From Mobula hypostoma (lineage: Eukaryota): 64,000 nt of DNA. Within the stretch, counting starts at the first letter, position 1; each line of letters begins with the position of its first letter. The notes under the pieces are model-generated. The model was not told where the DNA came from. It was given only the letters and a program-made list of their open reading frames with translations, and ran no database searches. Location of the stretch: contig NC_086097.1 in the NCBI RefSeq assembly GCF_963921235.1, positions 176,330,001-176,394,000 of the forward strand, read 5' to 3'. Of this stretch, positions 49,821 through 62,664 are shown piece by piece. Made by a program: the position numbers and the translations under genes.

Positions 49821-51229
49821 TTACCCACAGACTAGCAACATACAGTGGCTAATTAACTCACCAAACTGCATGGCTTGGATTGCATGCACCTTTATTTTCT
49901 ACCTGCACTGCACTGTCTCTGCAGGTTGTTATTGTTTTAGCTTGTATTACGGTATGCAAGACAAGGTTTTCACTGTATTTTAGATAACAGTGGGATAGAA
50001 GCTGACTCCAGGCTCAGGGCAGCTTTGATCTCACTGTTATCAGACCCTTTTTTGGTTCTCTTCTATGATAAGATAGACTCTTGGCCTCACAGTCTACTGC
50101 GTTATGATCTTGCACCGTATCAGTTACCTGCACTGCACCTTTTACACTTTATTCTTCATTATTATTGTTTTATCACAATGTATAATTTGATCTGTATTAA
50201 CAGTATGCGAGACAGGTTTTTCAATGTATCTTGGTACATATGACAATAGCTAACTAATACAAATAGCAATACCAACAATAAGAAAAAACTAAGTACATGA
50301 AGGCTTAATTCCCCTGCTTCCAGTTTCCAGTCCATCAGTATTTTGAAAATACTTGAATGATTGCCACAGTTTAGCCTACTCACTTTGTCTTTCAATCCCC
50401 TTTGCCCATCTCCTTGTCCCATTTCCAGTAACATGGCGTGATCAATAAACTTGCATGCTCAGCTTTCATTCCTGCCTGCCTGGTGTCAAAACCAGAGGCT
50501 TTAGTTCAGATTCCTACAGCACAGCTCACAGAGCTTCTGCCCCACAGCGCTAAAGACCTAGCCTCGGACAAAGTTTGTGTGGAGTTTGCAGATTCTCCTT
50601 GTGATCACATGGATTTCCTCTGTGTGGTTTGATTTCTTTCCACATTTCAAAGGCATGCGAATTGGTAGCATAATTGGCCACTGTGATTTGCCGTTAGTGT
50701 ATGAGCGCGTGGTGGAATCTGGTGTGGGGAGAGGGGGTGGGTTTGGTGAGAATGTGGGGAGAATAAAATGGGATAGTGGCTGGTTGGGGATGTGAACTCA
50801 ATGTGCCGAAGGGCATGTTTCCATACTGTATGGCTTGATCACATTTGCTCATTGACTAGTAATATTGCTGTGTTTGACCCTTTCTCTCTCCCTCTTTATA
50901 CTGGCTATCACCCTTCTGTTTTTCAGTCTATATAAAGGAACTCAGCCTGAAATATTAGCTGGCCATTTCCCTCTACAGATGCTGCCTGACCCACTGCGTT
51001 CCTCCAGTGCTTTGTGTGTGGATCCAAAATTAACTTAGAGGCCAAAGGTTATGGTGCTTATTTGAAAGGAAATCTGTAGCAAGTAGTATACCACAGGAAT
51101 TGATGCTGGGACCTTTATTGCTTATAATTTATATAACGGATAGGTGAGAATATAGGCGATCTAATCAATAATTTTGTTGATAGCATGGAAAGGACAGGAG
51201 ATGGATTTTAATCCAGACATGTGTGGGGT

Positions 51230-53670
51230 AACAGCAGTGTGCCAGATGCTGTTGTGTGTGAAGGAAGAGAAATGTGTGCAGTTACTAATACAAGAGAGAA
51301 GGTGCTCAAGAAACTGAAAGACCTGAAGGTACATAAATCACCCGGACCAGAGGAACTGCAACCTATGGTTCTGAAAGAGGTAGCGGTAGAGATTGTGGTG
51401 GCATTAGAAATGATCTTTCAAAAATCATTCGACTCTGGCATGGTGTCAGAGGACTGGAAAATTGCAAATGTCACTCCACTCTTTAAGAAAGAAGGAAGAC
51501 AGCAGAAACAAAATTATAGACCAGTTAGTCTGACCTAAGTGGTTGGAAAGATGTTAGAGACAATTGTTAAGGATGAGGTGATGGAGTACTTGGTGACACA
51601 GGACTACAAAGTCAGTATGCTTTCCTTCAGGGAAAATCCTTCCTGACAAACCTGTTGGAATTCTTTGAGGAGATTACAAGTAGGATAGATAAAGGGGATG
51701 CAGTTGATGTTGTATATTTAGACTTTCAGAAGGACTTTGACAAGGTGACACACATGAGGCTGCTTACCAGGTTAAGAGCCCATGGTATTACAGGAAAGTT
51801 ACTAACATGGTTAGAGTATTGGCTGATTGGTAGGAGGCAGCGAGTGGGAATAAAAAGATCCTTTTCTAGTTGGCTGGTGTTCCGCAGGTCAGTGGTGGGA
51901 CCACTTTTTTATGCTATATATAAAGGATTCAGCTGATGGAATAGGTGGCTTTGTTGCCAAGTTTGCAGATGATACAAAGAGTAGTGGAGGGGCAGACAGT
52001 TTTGAGGAAACACATAGAATGCAGAAGGATTTAGACAGATTAAGAGAATAAGCAAGAAAGTGGCAAATGAAATACAATGTTGGAAAATGCATGGTCATGC
52101 ACTTTGGTAGTAGAAATAAATGTGTGGACTATTTTCTAAATGGGGAAAAGATCCAGGAATCTGAGATGCAGAGGGTCCTGGGAGTCCTCGTGAAGAACAC
52201 CCTGGAGATTAACTTGCAAGTTGAGCTGGTGGTGAGAAAGGCAAATGCCATGTTAACATTCATTTCAAGAGGCGTAGAATACATGAGCAGGGATGTGATG
52301 CCGAGGTTTTGTAAGGCACTAGTGAGGCCTCACCTTGAGTATTGTGAACAGTTTTAGGCCCCTCACCTTAGAAAAGATGTGCTGGCATTGGAGAGATTCC
52401 AGAGGAGGTTCACAAGGATGATTCTGGGAATGAAAGGGTTATCATACGAGGAACTTTTGATGGCTCTGGGTCTGTAGTCACTGTGTTACATACTTCGTGG
52501 GTATCTTGTGACTGTCCTATGACCATGATGTAATTGAGTATCTTGTGAGCCTGATGTACTGGTCTTCTGATGGTGGGGTGATGTAATTTTCCCGCCAGTG
52601 TGAGGTCACGTGATGACATGCTCTCAACAGGTATCTAACGGAAAACCCCTGTTGTTACGCAGTTTCAGTTTAGTTCGTCAGTTAATTCGACAGTTACTCC
52701 ATTATGCTGCGTATTCATCTCAAGACACAGTTTCGTTTTAAAGTGGAGTTTTACTTTCTATTGTGAGTCTGGTATTAGAGAGTGAAGACCTTACTAAAGT
52801 ATGGGAACCCGAAGGATCGAGTAAAGTTTACATCATTCGGCGGATCCACCTTATGGAATCTTCATTCAGAAATAGTGACCTGCATCTGAGATAACTGCTG
52901 CAAGATCAGGGAAGTTTGTGCAGTGTTCACTCGCCAGAAAAAGGTCAGTTCCTTTAAGCTGTTTTATTTCCTTCATCGTGAATCCTTTAGAGAATCAGAA
53001 ATAACGTCACGTCTTCGAAGAAATCCGTTTCCAGAGAAGTCTCTCCTAATTGACTGTGTAAATCACTTGGACATTCGAATTTACCACTTTAAGGACTGTT
53101 TTTGAATTTACCATTTTAAGAACTGTTCCAGAGTTGCCGTATAGCAGTTAACTTCCAGTTAAGTTAGTCGTTTGAATACTTTTCGCTATTGTTAAGCAGA
53201 GTTTAATAAATGTTTATGTTTGTTTATAAAATTTGACAATTATATATTCATTGTTGCTGGTCACGTGACAGCTGGAACACGGAAGGATGAGGGGGGATTT
53301 CATTGAAACCTTTTGGAAGTTGAAAGGCCTAGATAGAGTAGATGAGGAAAGGATGTTTCCCATGGTGGGAGAGTCTAGGACAAGAGGCAACAGCCTCAGG
53401 ATAGAGGGGCGTCCTTTCAAAACAGAGACACGGAGAAAATTCTTTAGCCAAAAGGTGGTGAGTTTGTTGCCACATGCAGCTGTGGAGGACAGGTCGTTGG
53501 GAGTATTTAAGGTAGAGGTTTATAGGTTCTTGATTGCACATGGTATCAAAGGTTAGGGGGAGATGGGATTGAGAAGGAGGGAAACAAAGGATCAGCCATG
53601 ATTGAATGGCGGAGCAGACTCGATGGGCCAGATGGCCTAATTCTGCTCCTATATCTTATGGTCTTATGGT
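51230..53670 (+). mobile_element. CR1 LINE (~1.6 kb RT fragment) interrupted by a solo LTR
   Basis: KSPGPxxLxPxVLKE, DWKIANVTPLFKK, NYRPVSLT, VDVVYLDFQKxFDKV; (TCTTATGG)-like tail. Confidence 0.88.
52484..53270 (+). mobile_element. Solo LTR (787 bp, Gypsy-like)
   Basis: TGTTAC...GTGACA termini, 4-bp TSD ACTG/GCTG, AATAAA at 53205; CR1 frame resumes across it. Confidence 0.85.
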
Positions 53671-54959
53671 ATAATGATCTTTGGGAAGTCAAATTCTGGT
53701 AGAACATGGAGTATGGCCTCTTACTCCACCTTTTCCCCTCACCTCTTAATACTGCTACTATCTTCTATTCTTTCAGTATAGATGAAGTGTCTCAACCCTA
53801 AGCATCAACTGTCCACTTCCCTCTACAAATGCTGCCAGACCCTGCTCTGCATGTGACCACAAGAAACCACAGAATTATGAACGAAGCCTAGAACATCATT
53901 GAAAATAGCCTGTTCTCTATGATCTCTGTATATACTTCTTGTGCCTCAGTAAAGCCGGCCAGTATAATCAAAGAGGCTCACTCACCGCAAATGTTCTCTC
54001 TTCTGCAGCTTCCCATGTGGCAGAGGATAGCACATGTGGCAGCCTTAGAAAACATAACAGGGATAGAGGTTCAAGTACAGCTTCTATCCTACTGCTGTAA
54101 GACTTAAATAGTTTCCAAGTAAGGTATATTGGCTCTTGAGCTCAGAATCTACCTTGTTATGATTTTGTTCTTCATTGTCTTCCTGCACTGCACTTTCTCT
54201 GTAGCTGTTACAATTTATTCTACATTGTTATTGCTTTACCTTATTCTAAGTTGATGCATTGTGTGATAAATTGATATGTATGAACAGTATGCAAAATTCA
54301 CTATATCTCAGCATATGTGACAGCAATAAACCAATTCCAAGTCAAATTCATCCAGATTTTAGCACTTGTAGTCATGTGTATCCAGTAAGTAACATCTGAA
54401 CAGACTGGTCTGCATTTCTCTGGATCAGAATGTCTGAGAGGTGATCCGATGTGGCTCTGTGAAATGCTGACACAGTCTGATTGCGTGGATAGGCAGAGTA
54501 TATTGCCACATGCAAAGGAGAATGTAATCAAAGGATGTCATCATTCAATAGTTATCAAAGCAATCTACTATAGGAGAGATTAGATTAAAAATTTAGATTA
54601 GCTTTACTTGTCACAAATTATGTCAAAACATATGTAATTTGCATCTTGACTAATGCAGTCCAAGGGTGGAGCTAGCAAAACCCACAAGTGTCACGATGCT
54701 TTTGGTACCAACACCGCACGCCCACAATTACTAACCTTAACTGATACATCTTTGGAATGTGGGGGGAAACTGGAGCACCTGGAGAAAACGCACATGCAGA
54801 CAGGCAGAATATACAAATCCCTCACAGGCTGTGGCATGAATTGAATCTCAATCACTGGCACTGTAAATTGTTATACTAACAGAAATGCTACCATAGAAAA
54901 TAGACTTCCAATTAATTGGCTTTTGAAAGGGTGAGCATGCAACTTTGCATAAACAGAAT

Positions 54960-55560
54960 TATAAGACCATAAGATCATAAGACAAAGGAGCAGAAGTCAG
55001 CCATTCGGCCCATCGAGTCTGCTCCGCCATTTTATCATGAGCTGATCCATTCTCCCATTTAGTCCCACTCCCCAGCCTTCTCACCATAACCTTTGATGCC
55101 CTGGCTACTCAGATACCTATCAATCTCTGCCTTAAATACACTCAATGACTTGGCCTCCACTGCCACCCGTGGCAACAAATTCCATAGATTCACCACCCTC
55201 TGGCTAAAAATTTCTTTGCATCTCTGTTCTGAATGGGTGCCCTTCAATCCTTAAGTCATGTGCTCTCGTACTAGACTCCCCCACCATGGGAACCAATTTT
55301 GCCACATCATGCCTTTCACTATTCGAAATGTTTCTATGCGGTCCCCCTTTATTCTTCTAAACTCCAAGGAATACAGTCCAAGAGCGGACAAACGTTCCTC
55401 ATATGTTAACCCTCTCATTCCCAGAATCATTCTAGTGAATCTTCTCTGTACCCTCTCCAACGTCAGCACATCCTTTCTTAAATAAGGAGCCCAAAGCTGC
55501 CCACAGTACTCCAAGTGAGGTCTTACCAGTGCCTTATAGAGCCTCAACATCACATCCCTT
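54960..55560 (-). mobile_element. CR1 LINE 3' end
   Basis: LYKALVRPHLEYCxQxWAPYLRKDVLxLERVQRRFTRMI; short tandem tail. Confidence 0.85.
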
Positions 55561-55834
55561 ATTCATAATGGAACCATACAGCATATAAAACAGACCTTTC
55601 AGCCAAGCCTACGCACAGCTAACTTCATCCTGCCTCATTGTTTGTCTAGACAGCTCACAGCTTGTAGGACTCAATACTAAATTCTTCAAGTATATCATTC
55701 TCTTTTCCTGTGTGCCAGAACTGGTTTCAATCCCTCTGTTCCATTTGCATTTCCTGCTTTTGAGGACTTGAGTTCTGGGGAAATGTTGATAGGTAGGATT
55801 ATATTCGCCAGAGTACAGGAGAATGAAGGAGTTG

Positions 55835-58585
55835 ATAATAATAATAATAGTAAGTACTTTATTGATCCCGAGTGCAAAATTCTTTTGTTACAGCAGCAAC
55901 ATTTAAAACACTGTTAGCAGTGTGTAGATTTAAGTAGTAATACAGAATAATAATATACACAATAATGTACAGGGGCACAACTGAGAGCATCCTGACTGAC
56001 TGCATCACTGCCTGGTATGGGAACTGTACTTCCCTCAATCACAGGACTCTGCAGAGAGTGGTACAGACAGCCCAGCACATCTGTAGATGTGAACTTCCCA
56101 CTATTCAGGACACGTACAAAGACAGGTGTGTAAAAAGAGCCCGAAAGATCATTGGGGACCTGAGTCACCCCAACTACCATCTGTTCCAGCTGCTACCATC
56201 TGGGAAATGGTTCCACAGTATTAAAGACAGGACCAGCAAGCTCTGGGGACAGCTTCTTCCACCAGGCCATCAGACTGATTGGTTCATGCTGATGCGATTG
56301 TATTCCTATGTTATATCAACTGTCCTGTTGTACATACTATTTATTTATTATAAATTACTATAAATTGCAAATTGCAAATTTAGACAGAGATGTAACATAA
56401 AGATTTTTACTCCTCATGTATGTGAAGGATGTAAGAAATAAAGTCAATTCAAGTCAATTCAATCAATGTGCAATAATAATGTTTGAAATAATAAAGCAGA
56501 GACTAGATGTGTGTCCTCCGGTTGCACAGAGATGAACTGTTGTATATGCTTATTGCATTTGGTAGAAAAGATTTTCTGTAACAATCCTTGTGACAGCTCC
56601 ACTGAATGAGTGTGTTCAAAGGGGTACTCCGACGTGTATTCAGTAGGTCATGGAGAGGATGTGCCAAATTGTCCATAAAGAATAATAGTTTGTCTAATGA
56701 CCTCCTCTCCACCATTAACTCAGAAGAACCTGGACTGTAGCCAAGGACAGATCCAGCCTTTCTGATGAGTTTATTTAGTCTTTTTGCATCATCAGCACTG
56801 ATGCTGCTCCCCCAACATAAAGCAGCGAAGAAGACTGCACTCGCTACAATAGACTGGTAAAAGATCTCCAACATCCTGCTGCACGCATTGAAGGATTTCA
56901 GCTTCCTTAGAAAATAGAGTCTGCTCATCCCCTTCTTGTAAACAGCCTTGGTGTTGGTTTTCCAGTCGTTTGTTGTCGAGGTGGATACCCAAGTATTTGT
57001 ACTCCTCCACCACTGCAACCTCTTCTCCTGGAATATATACAGGACCTGTCACAGTCCTCTTCCTCCTAAAATCAGTCACCATCTCCTTGGTTTGGCCACA
57101 TTCAGGAGCAGCTGATTCCCCCTGCACCACTCCACAAACTTGTCCCCCAGTCCTCTGTTCACCGCTTCCTGCTCATCTCTGATATACACAACCACTGCAG
57201 AGTCATCAGAGAACTTCTGCAAATGGCAAGACTCAGAGTTGTACTGAAAGTCTGAGGTGTACAGTGTGAACAGATATGGAGACAGGACAGGACAGTACCT
57301 TGTGGGGCTCCAGTGCCACTCACCACCACCTCAGTCAGAGAACTACCCAGCCGTACAAACAGGGGCCTATCAGTCAGTTAGTCAGTAATCCAGGAGACAG
57401 TGGATTTGTCTACGTCCAACCATTGCAGCTTCTCGCTCAGAAGAAGTGGCTGGATTGTATTAAAGGCTACAGAGCAGTCAAAAAATGTGATTCTCACGAT
57501 GCCACCAGCATCATCCAGGTGGGAGAGAGCTCTCTGCAACAGGTAGATGATGGCATCATCCACTGCCACATGAGGTTGGTAGGCAAACTGTAGAGGGTCC
57601 AATGAAAATCTCACCTGTGGTCCAAGGTAAACCTGCCTCTCTGGCACCTTCATCACATGACATGTGAGGGCAATTGGTCTGTAGTCATTAAGTGTCGATG
57701 GAATTGCCTTCTTAGATACAGGAACCAAGCAGGAAGTCTTCCATAGCACCGGTATCTTTTCCAACTCAGACTCAGATCGTAAAGGTGCTGCAAAATACCA
57801 GACAGCTGGCTCACACAAGCTTCAGTACCCTGGGGATGATACTACCTGGGTCAGTGGCCCTGCCTTGATGTAGTCACTCCAGCTGTCTCCTAACCTGATC
57901 TGCAGTCACAGTCAAGCAGGGGAGGGTGGTCCTCCCCATGGAGCCGGGATCCTCCAAGTTTGAGGGGTTTAGAACACAAACACTCAGCAGAGGGGAGGGA
58001 GACGGCTTCAGGGACAGGGAGGCTATGTGGTCTGGGCAAGTGGGAGAGAGGACAGCAGGAGGTCTTGTGCTGAACCTGTTGAAAAACAAGTTCAATTTGT
58101 TGGCCCTATCCAGGCAGCCATCGATCTTCCTTTCCTTAACCTTAAAGCCAGTGATCTGCTTCATGCCCAACCACCTGTCCCTTATGCATCTCTATTTTTC
58201 TCCAGTCCTGCTGAAGGGTTTCGGCCTGAAATGGTGACTATACTCTTTTCCATAGATGCTGCCTGGCCTGCTAAGTTCCTCTAGCATTTTGTGTGTGCCC
58301 CTTATGCTATTCAGCTTCCTCTTGTGGGATTGTTTGCACTCCCTCAGCCTCACCCTCTGCTCACTCTGTACTCACCTCAGTATTTGTCTATCTCCAAACC
58401 TGAAGGCTTTCTTCTTCTTATTCAAAAGTTCTTTCAGGTCTCTGGTGATCCAGGGCTTGTTGTTGGGGAAGCAGCGTACAGTCCTGGCTGGCAAGATGGC
58501 GTTTTCATAGAACTTGATATAGTCTGTGATACAATCAGTCATTTTATTAATGTCCTCCCTGTGTGGCTCACATAACCCATCCTGG
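55835..58585 (-). mobile_element. Rex1/Babar-like LINE (decayed) with nested Rex 3' fragment (55955-56463, +) and PLE fragment (~58185-58295)
   Basis: RCFPNNKPWIT, WKTSCLVPV.K...LNDYRPIALT, LDPLQFAYQP, YKYLGxHLD, SRLYFLRKLKSF. Confidence 0.82.
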
Positions 58586-59044
58586 ATCTTATAGAGGTAT
58601 GTAGGTAGAGTAGATACATGCGTGTCACAATGGCGGGGGCATTGGGAGCAAGGGTGGATCAAATGCAAGACACATCTTGTGAGGTTACTTAGATTTAGTT
58701 TATTGTTCGATACCAGGAGAGCAAGGCAGGAGCAGGAGTAGCGAACTGGACAAGGACTCAGGACTACGACTAGGCTAGGACTCGGAATTGGATCCCAGAA
58801 CTAGAGGAGACATGAAGAGGCTAGGGTATGGACTCCGAGCCAGAGATTGGGCAAGGACCCAGTACCTGGGTCTTGCCTCGGGCTTGGACCCCAGAACCAG
58901 GCATGGACATGACATGGGCTAGGGAGAGGAGGAACATGGGAACACAGAGCCTCGGTCTCGGGAGAGTAGGTACGTGGAACCATGGTCGCACACAGAACAG
59001 AGAGCCGGGACCCCTCCTTGGGTACAGGACATAGGGCCGGGACT

Positions 59045-59335
59045 CATGACCCTCCGTGGGGCAACGGCAAGACGGCCTGACTTACCCCACGAAGGCGAGG
59101 ACAAGACAAGACAGAACATGACCCCCCGCAGGGCAATGGCAAGATGGCCTGACTTACCCCACGGAGGCGAGGACAAGACATGACAAGACATGACCCCCCG
59201 TGGGGCAACGGCAAGACAGCCAGACTTACCCCCACGGAGGCGAGGACCAGACAAGACAAGACATGACCCCCCCACAGAGCAACGACAAGACGGCCTGACT
59301 TACCTCACGGAGGCGAGGACAAGACAAGACAAGAC
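59045..59335. repeat. Minisatellite, 4 x 72-73 bp, inside the LTR
   Basis: Units start at 59045, 59117, 59189, 59262 (catgaccccccgtggggcaacggcaagacggcctgacttacc...gacaagacaag). Confidence 0.9.
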
Positions 59336-59477
59336 CAACACGAATGAACACCAGACAGTACCTATCTAACTCCGGTGATGGAACTAAACCGGGTGCAGGC
59401 GGGGGCTGCAGACGAGGGCTAGAGGCGAGGGGGCAGAGAAGGGATTCAGACAAGGGGGTAGGACAGGAATCACAGAC

Positions 59478-59610
59478 CACCAGGGTCAGGACTTGACTCA
59501 GAACTGGGAAGCCGCCAGGGCCAGGACTTGACTTGGTGCTTGAATGCCACCAGGGACAGGACTTGACTTGGTGTTAGAATGCTGCCGGAGCCAGGACTTG
59601 ACTTGGAGCC
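59478..59610. repeat. Minisatellite, 4 x ~35 bp, inside the LTR
   Basis: ccaccagggccaggacttgacttgg-type unit repeated four times. Confidence 0.85.
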
Positions 59611-61210
59611 TCCGGGTAGAGGCGAGCTCTCAACTCGGCCCGGGAACAGTAGACAGTGGTTCTTGATTCCCTCCGGTGAATTAAATGAGGACCCACCTCG
59701 GTGAGGAAACTTTGCAGGCTCGCTTTAGCGGGGTAACTTGACAGGATTGCTCCGGTGAGGGGAGGTGAATTACCGGCACTCGCTTCGGGCGGAGACGAGG
59801 CTTGCGCTGGCCAGATGACATTGGCACGCCGTACCTTGGTGACTTTGCAAACGCTCCCGCGCCAAACGGCTGAAAGCCGGAGACTATAAACTACCGGTTC
59901 AGCCGAGCGTTAATTGCCTCTAATATCCAAAGTCCAGGGACACGGGAAAACAGGGAATCAACGGTCCGGATCGTAACATAAACAAGCTAAATTTAAAGGG
60001 ACCCCGATCCGGACCATGACAATGCAGGCTTTTCCCCTCAGGTTGGGTGAGGCTAGAACTAGAGGTCACAGGTGTAGAGTGAAAGCGGAATGTTTAAGAA
60101 CATTCTGAGGGGGATCTTTTTCCATTCAGAGGGTGGTGTGAGTGTAGAACCAGCTGCCTGTGGAAGAGGTGGATACAGGTTCAATTAGAACATTTAAGAG
60201 AAGTTGGGATAGGCACATGGATGAGTGGGATATGGAAGGCTATGGTCTGGGCGCGGGTTGATGTGACTTGGCAGAGAAACAAGTCAGCATGGACTGGATC
60301 GCCCAAAGAATCTGTTTCTGGGTGTAATGTTAGGAAGCTCCACCTGCGGAAGGACGAAAATGAGGTTTATGAAAAGAGAACTCGGGGGATAAAAAGCTAT
60401 GTGAAAACAGCGTGGCTGATGCAGGCACGGACAAGTGACAGAAACGCAGCGAACTATTAGAAACTAAAGATATAAACTCCTAAAAGTGGAATCTTTACCT
60501 TACTTACTTGAAAACCTCAAGGTGAAATCCCTGGAGGAGAGACAATAGCGACAAAAGATTTATTGAAGCTACAGCTATAACAAACAACAGCTGTAACAAG
60601 CCAATATCAGCAGAGCCAAGTGTACAAGATCTCTACTGGGTAAATGGGAATTAATTCTATAAAATTACACTGAGGGATTAGGTGAGTTAAAACACTTCTA
60701 CCATCCTGAGTGTATAATTTGTGTGTGAAATATGTTCAGTAGTATTGTAACTGAGAAATGTTTGGAAATGACAGTGTGATATTGAGTTATTTTGAAATAG
60801 AGAATAGAATATATATAAGAACTTAATCCTGTTGTGTACAAGTCAGGTTGTTTTTTGTGTAAATATTGTGAATCAACTTTTTGTGGATGACCCACCAATT
60901 CATCCAACGAACCAAGAAACAGGATGGCGAGCCTCCCCAGATTGAAGAACCAGTGCGGGAAAGAATGATTCAAGACGTAGATTATTTAATACGGTTGGAT
61001 GCGGAAGTCTATTTTTCATTTGAGGGATCTGAATTTGATTTTTATGAAATAACTCATTATTTTTGCAAAGACCTTGATAAGTTACTGAATGAGATTTGCT
61101 TTATTTAAAAGTTGTGATGATGGACAATTTGTCGTGAAAGGAGTTAAGCAGTATATTTATATTTTTTTGGGGGGACGGGGTTGGATATGAATTTGTAGAC
61201 ATACTGACCT

Positions 61211-62068
61211 GGAACTGAAACTGAAGTTAACCATAATACTTAAGAATAGGAATTAAATTAATTTTATAATGAACTAGGGATAAATAGAAAGGCAATTGTT
61301 TGTCTGTAAACCTTTAAATAGGGCCTAACACTGGATCTAATTAGTTAGAGAAAGTGGAGTAATAAAGGTTATTCTAATGATTCTAACTAAAAAGGAATTT
61401 AGTTTTCGTTTGATATCTGAGATTTGGAATCTAAACAGAATGTAGGAATTTGGAATTGTTCTTACTCATGTAAATATTTCATATACACAGTATTTTTATA
61501 TTTTATAAACAAACTTACTTCCATAAGTGTGTGTTTTCTATTCGCTGCCTCCTTCCAATATCTAGAGCTTCTGATGACCCATAAACACCTAGTGTAGGAC
61601 TATGTAATTTGATTTTCTCATAAAGAATGCGGCAGCTGGTCACACAAAATAAGACAAGCACTACACAGGTGTTGCATGTGTTCTTGTGCCCTATGACTCT
61701 TGCTGCACAAATTCCATTCGGCCAGACAGAATTCATTCAACCTACCAGAGAAAGTCAACCCATTGTGCTCTCCCTCCTTCTCTGCCAGCCACACCCACTT
61801 GCCTTCTCCCCTTCTCAATTCTGATGAATAGTCCCAAGCCTGAATCATTAACTGTATCTCTCTCCACAGAAGCCATCTGATTTGTGGAGTTTTTCTAGCA
61901 TTTTCTTGCATTTTCTGTTTTTTATTTGAGATTCACACCAACCATGACACCTAATAAGCTATTCCTATTTGCCTGATTTGGCCCCTATCCCTGTAGGTGT
62001 CAAAATGTCACTTAAATGTTGTTATTGTACCTGCTACAACCACTTCCTCTGTTGTGTTGCTGAACATT
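61211..62068. repeat. Copy 2 of the inverted duplication of 43738-44570
   Basis: Reverse-complement match; the ORF track also shows paired peptides (43791..44120 - and 61686..61880 +). Confidence 0.9.
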
Positions 62069-62192
62069 GATCAGGAAAGGTAAGTAGTTACAGGATCTTC
62101 CACATCTACCAGCACAACTACACAAAAACACACAGAGAGAATAAGAGCCAATTTGCATTCTTGAACACTTCTGGCATTCTTCTGGCATCACT

Positions 62193-62622
62193 TCGTTGTT
62201 GTCGTGGCAATCCCTCGAGGTCGAGGACGATGGTCTCCGTTCCGTTGTTCTATTTATGGGCTCTCAAGTGGCTGACCCACAGAGCAAAGATGCCTGTGCG
62301 TGTATTTGTTTAACGTGTACTTGATGTTGCACTCCAAAAAGCACACAATACTTCACAAATCAACCAACTGATTCCAATGGCATGGAAACCACGACGATTG
62401 GAGCTGATGGATTAGTTGCAGCCTTCATCCACCTTCACAGCCGAAGTAACTTCGTCTGCCTGTTCCACTGTTGAGGGCTTGGTTGGATTGTTCTTTGTTC
62501 GGGACCTCACCCTCGACCTTACCGCCATGGGTGACCCTACCAGGAGCATAGCTCCAGACGGCATTGCTCTCGGGATCACAGGACCACACAAGCTTCTCCA
62601 CCATGACAAGGCGACAATGTCG
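62193..62622 (-). mobile_element. 430-bp non-autonomous RTE-derived bipartite retroposon
   Basis: 10-bp TSD TGGCATCACT (62183-62192, 62623-62632); head GCCTTGTCATGGTGGAGAAGCTTG..GAGCAATGCCG..CCTGGTAGGGTCACCCA resembles RTE/Rex3/BovB 5' UTRs; (ACA/ACG)n tail. Confidence 0.75.
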
Positions 62623-62664
62623 TGGCATCACTCACCTGACGTCAGAAGAAACAACGAACTGTTC

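Larger units (their letters stand above)
58623..60021 (-). mobile_element. Solo LTR (1399 bp, Gypsy-like) with internal tandem arrays, inserted in CR1
   Basis: TGTCAC...ATGACA termini; 5-bp TSD ATGCG/ATGCA; minus-strand AATAAA near 58700; CpG-rich. Confidence 0.8.

Noticed and set aside
4780..58245. Other pLTR hammerhead remnants (near 4785, 13675, 14220, 23590, 50925, 53775, 58205) as active ribozymes
   Set aside because: Core nucleotides (CUGANGA or GAAAC-GUH) are mutated.
59045..59335. Regular repeat array as a CRISPR-like system
   Set aside because: The units are whole tandem copies with no unique spacers, inside an LTR in vertebrate DNA, with no cas genes.
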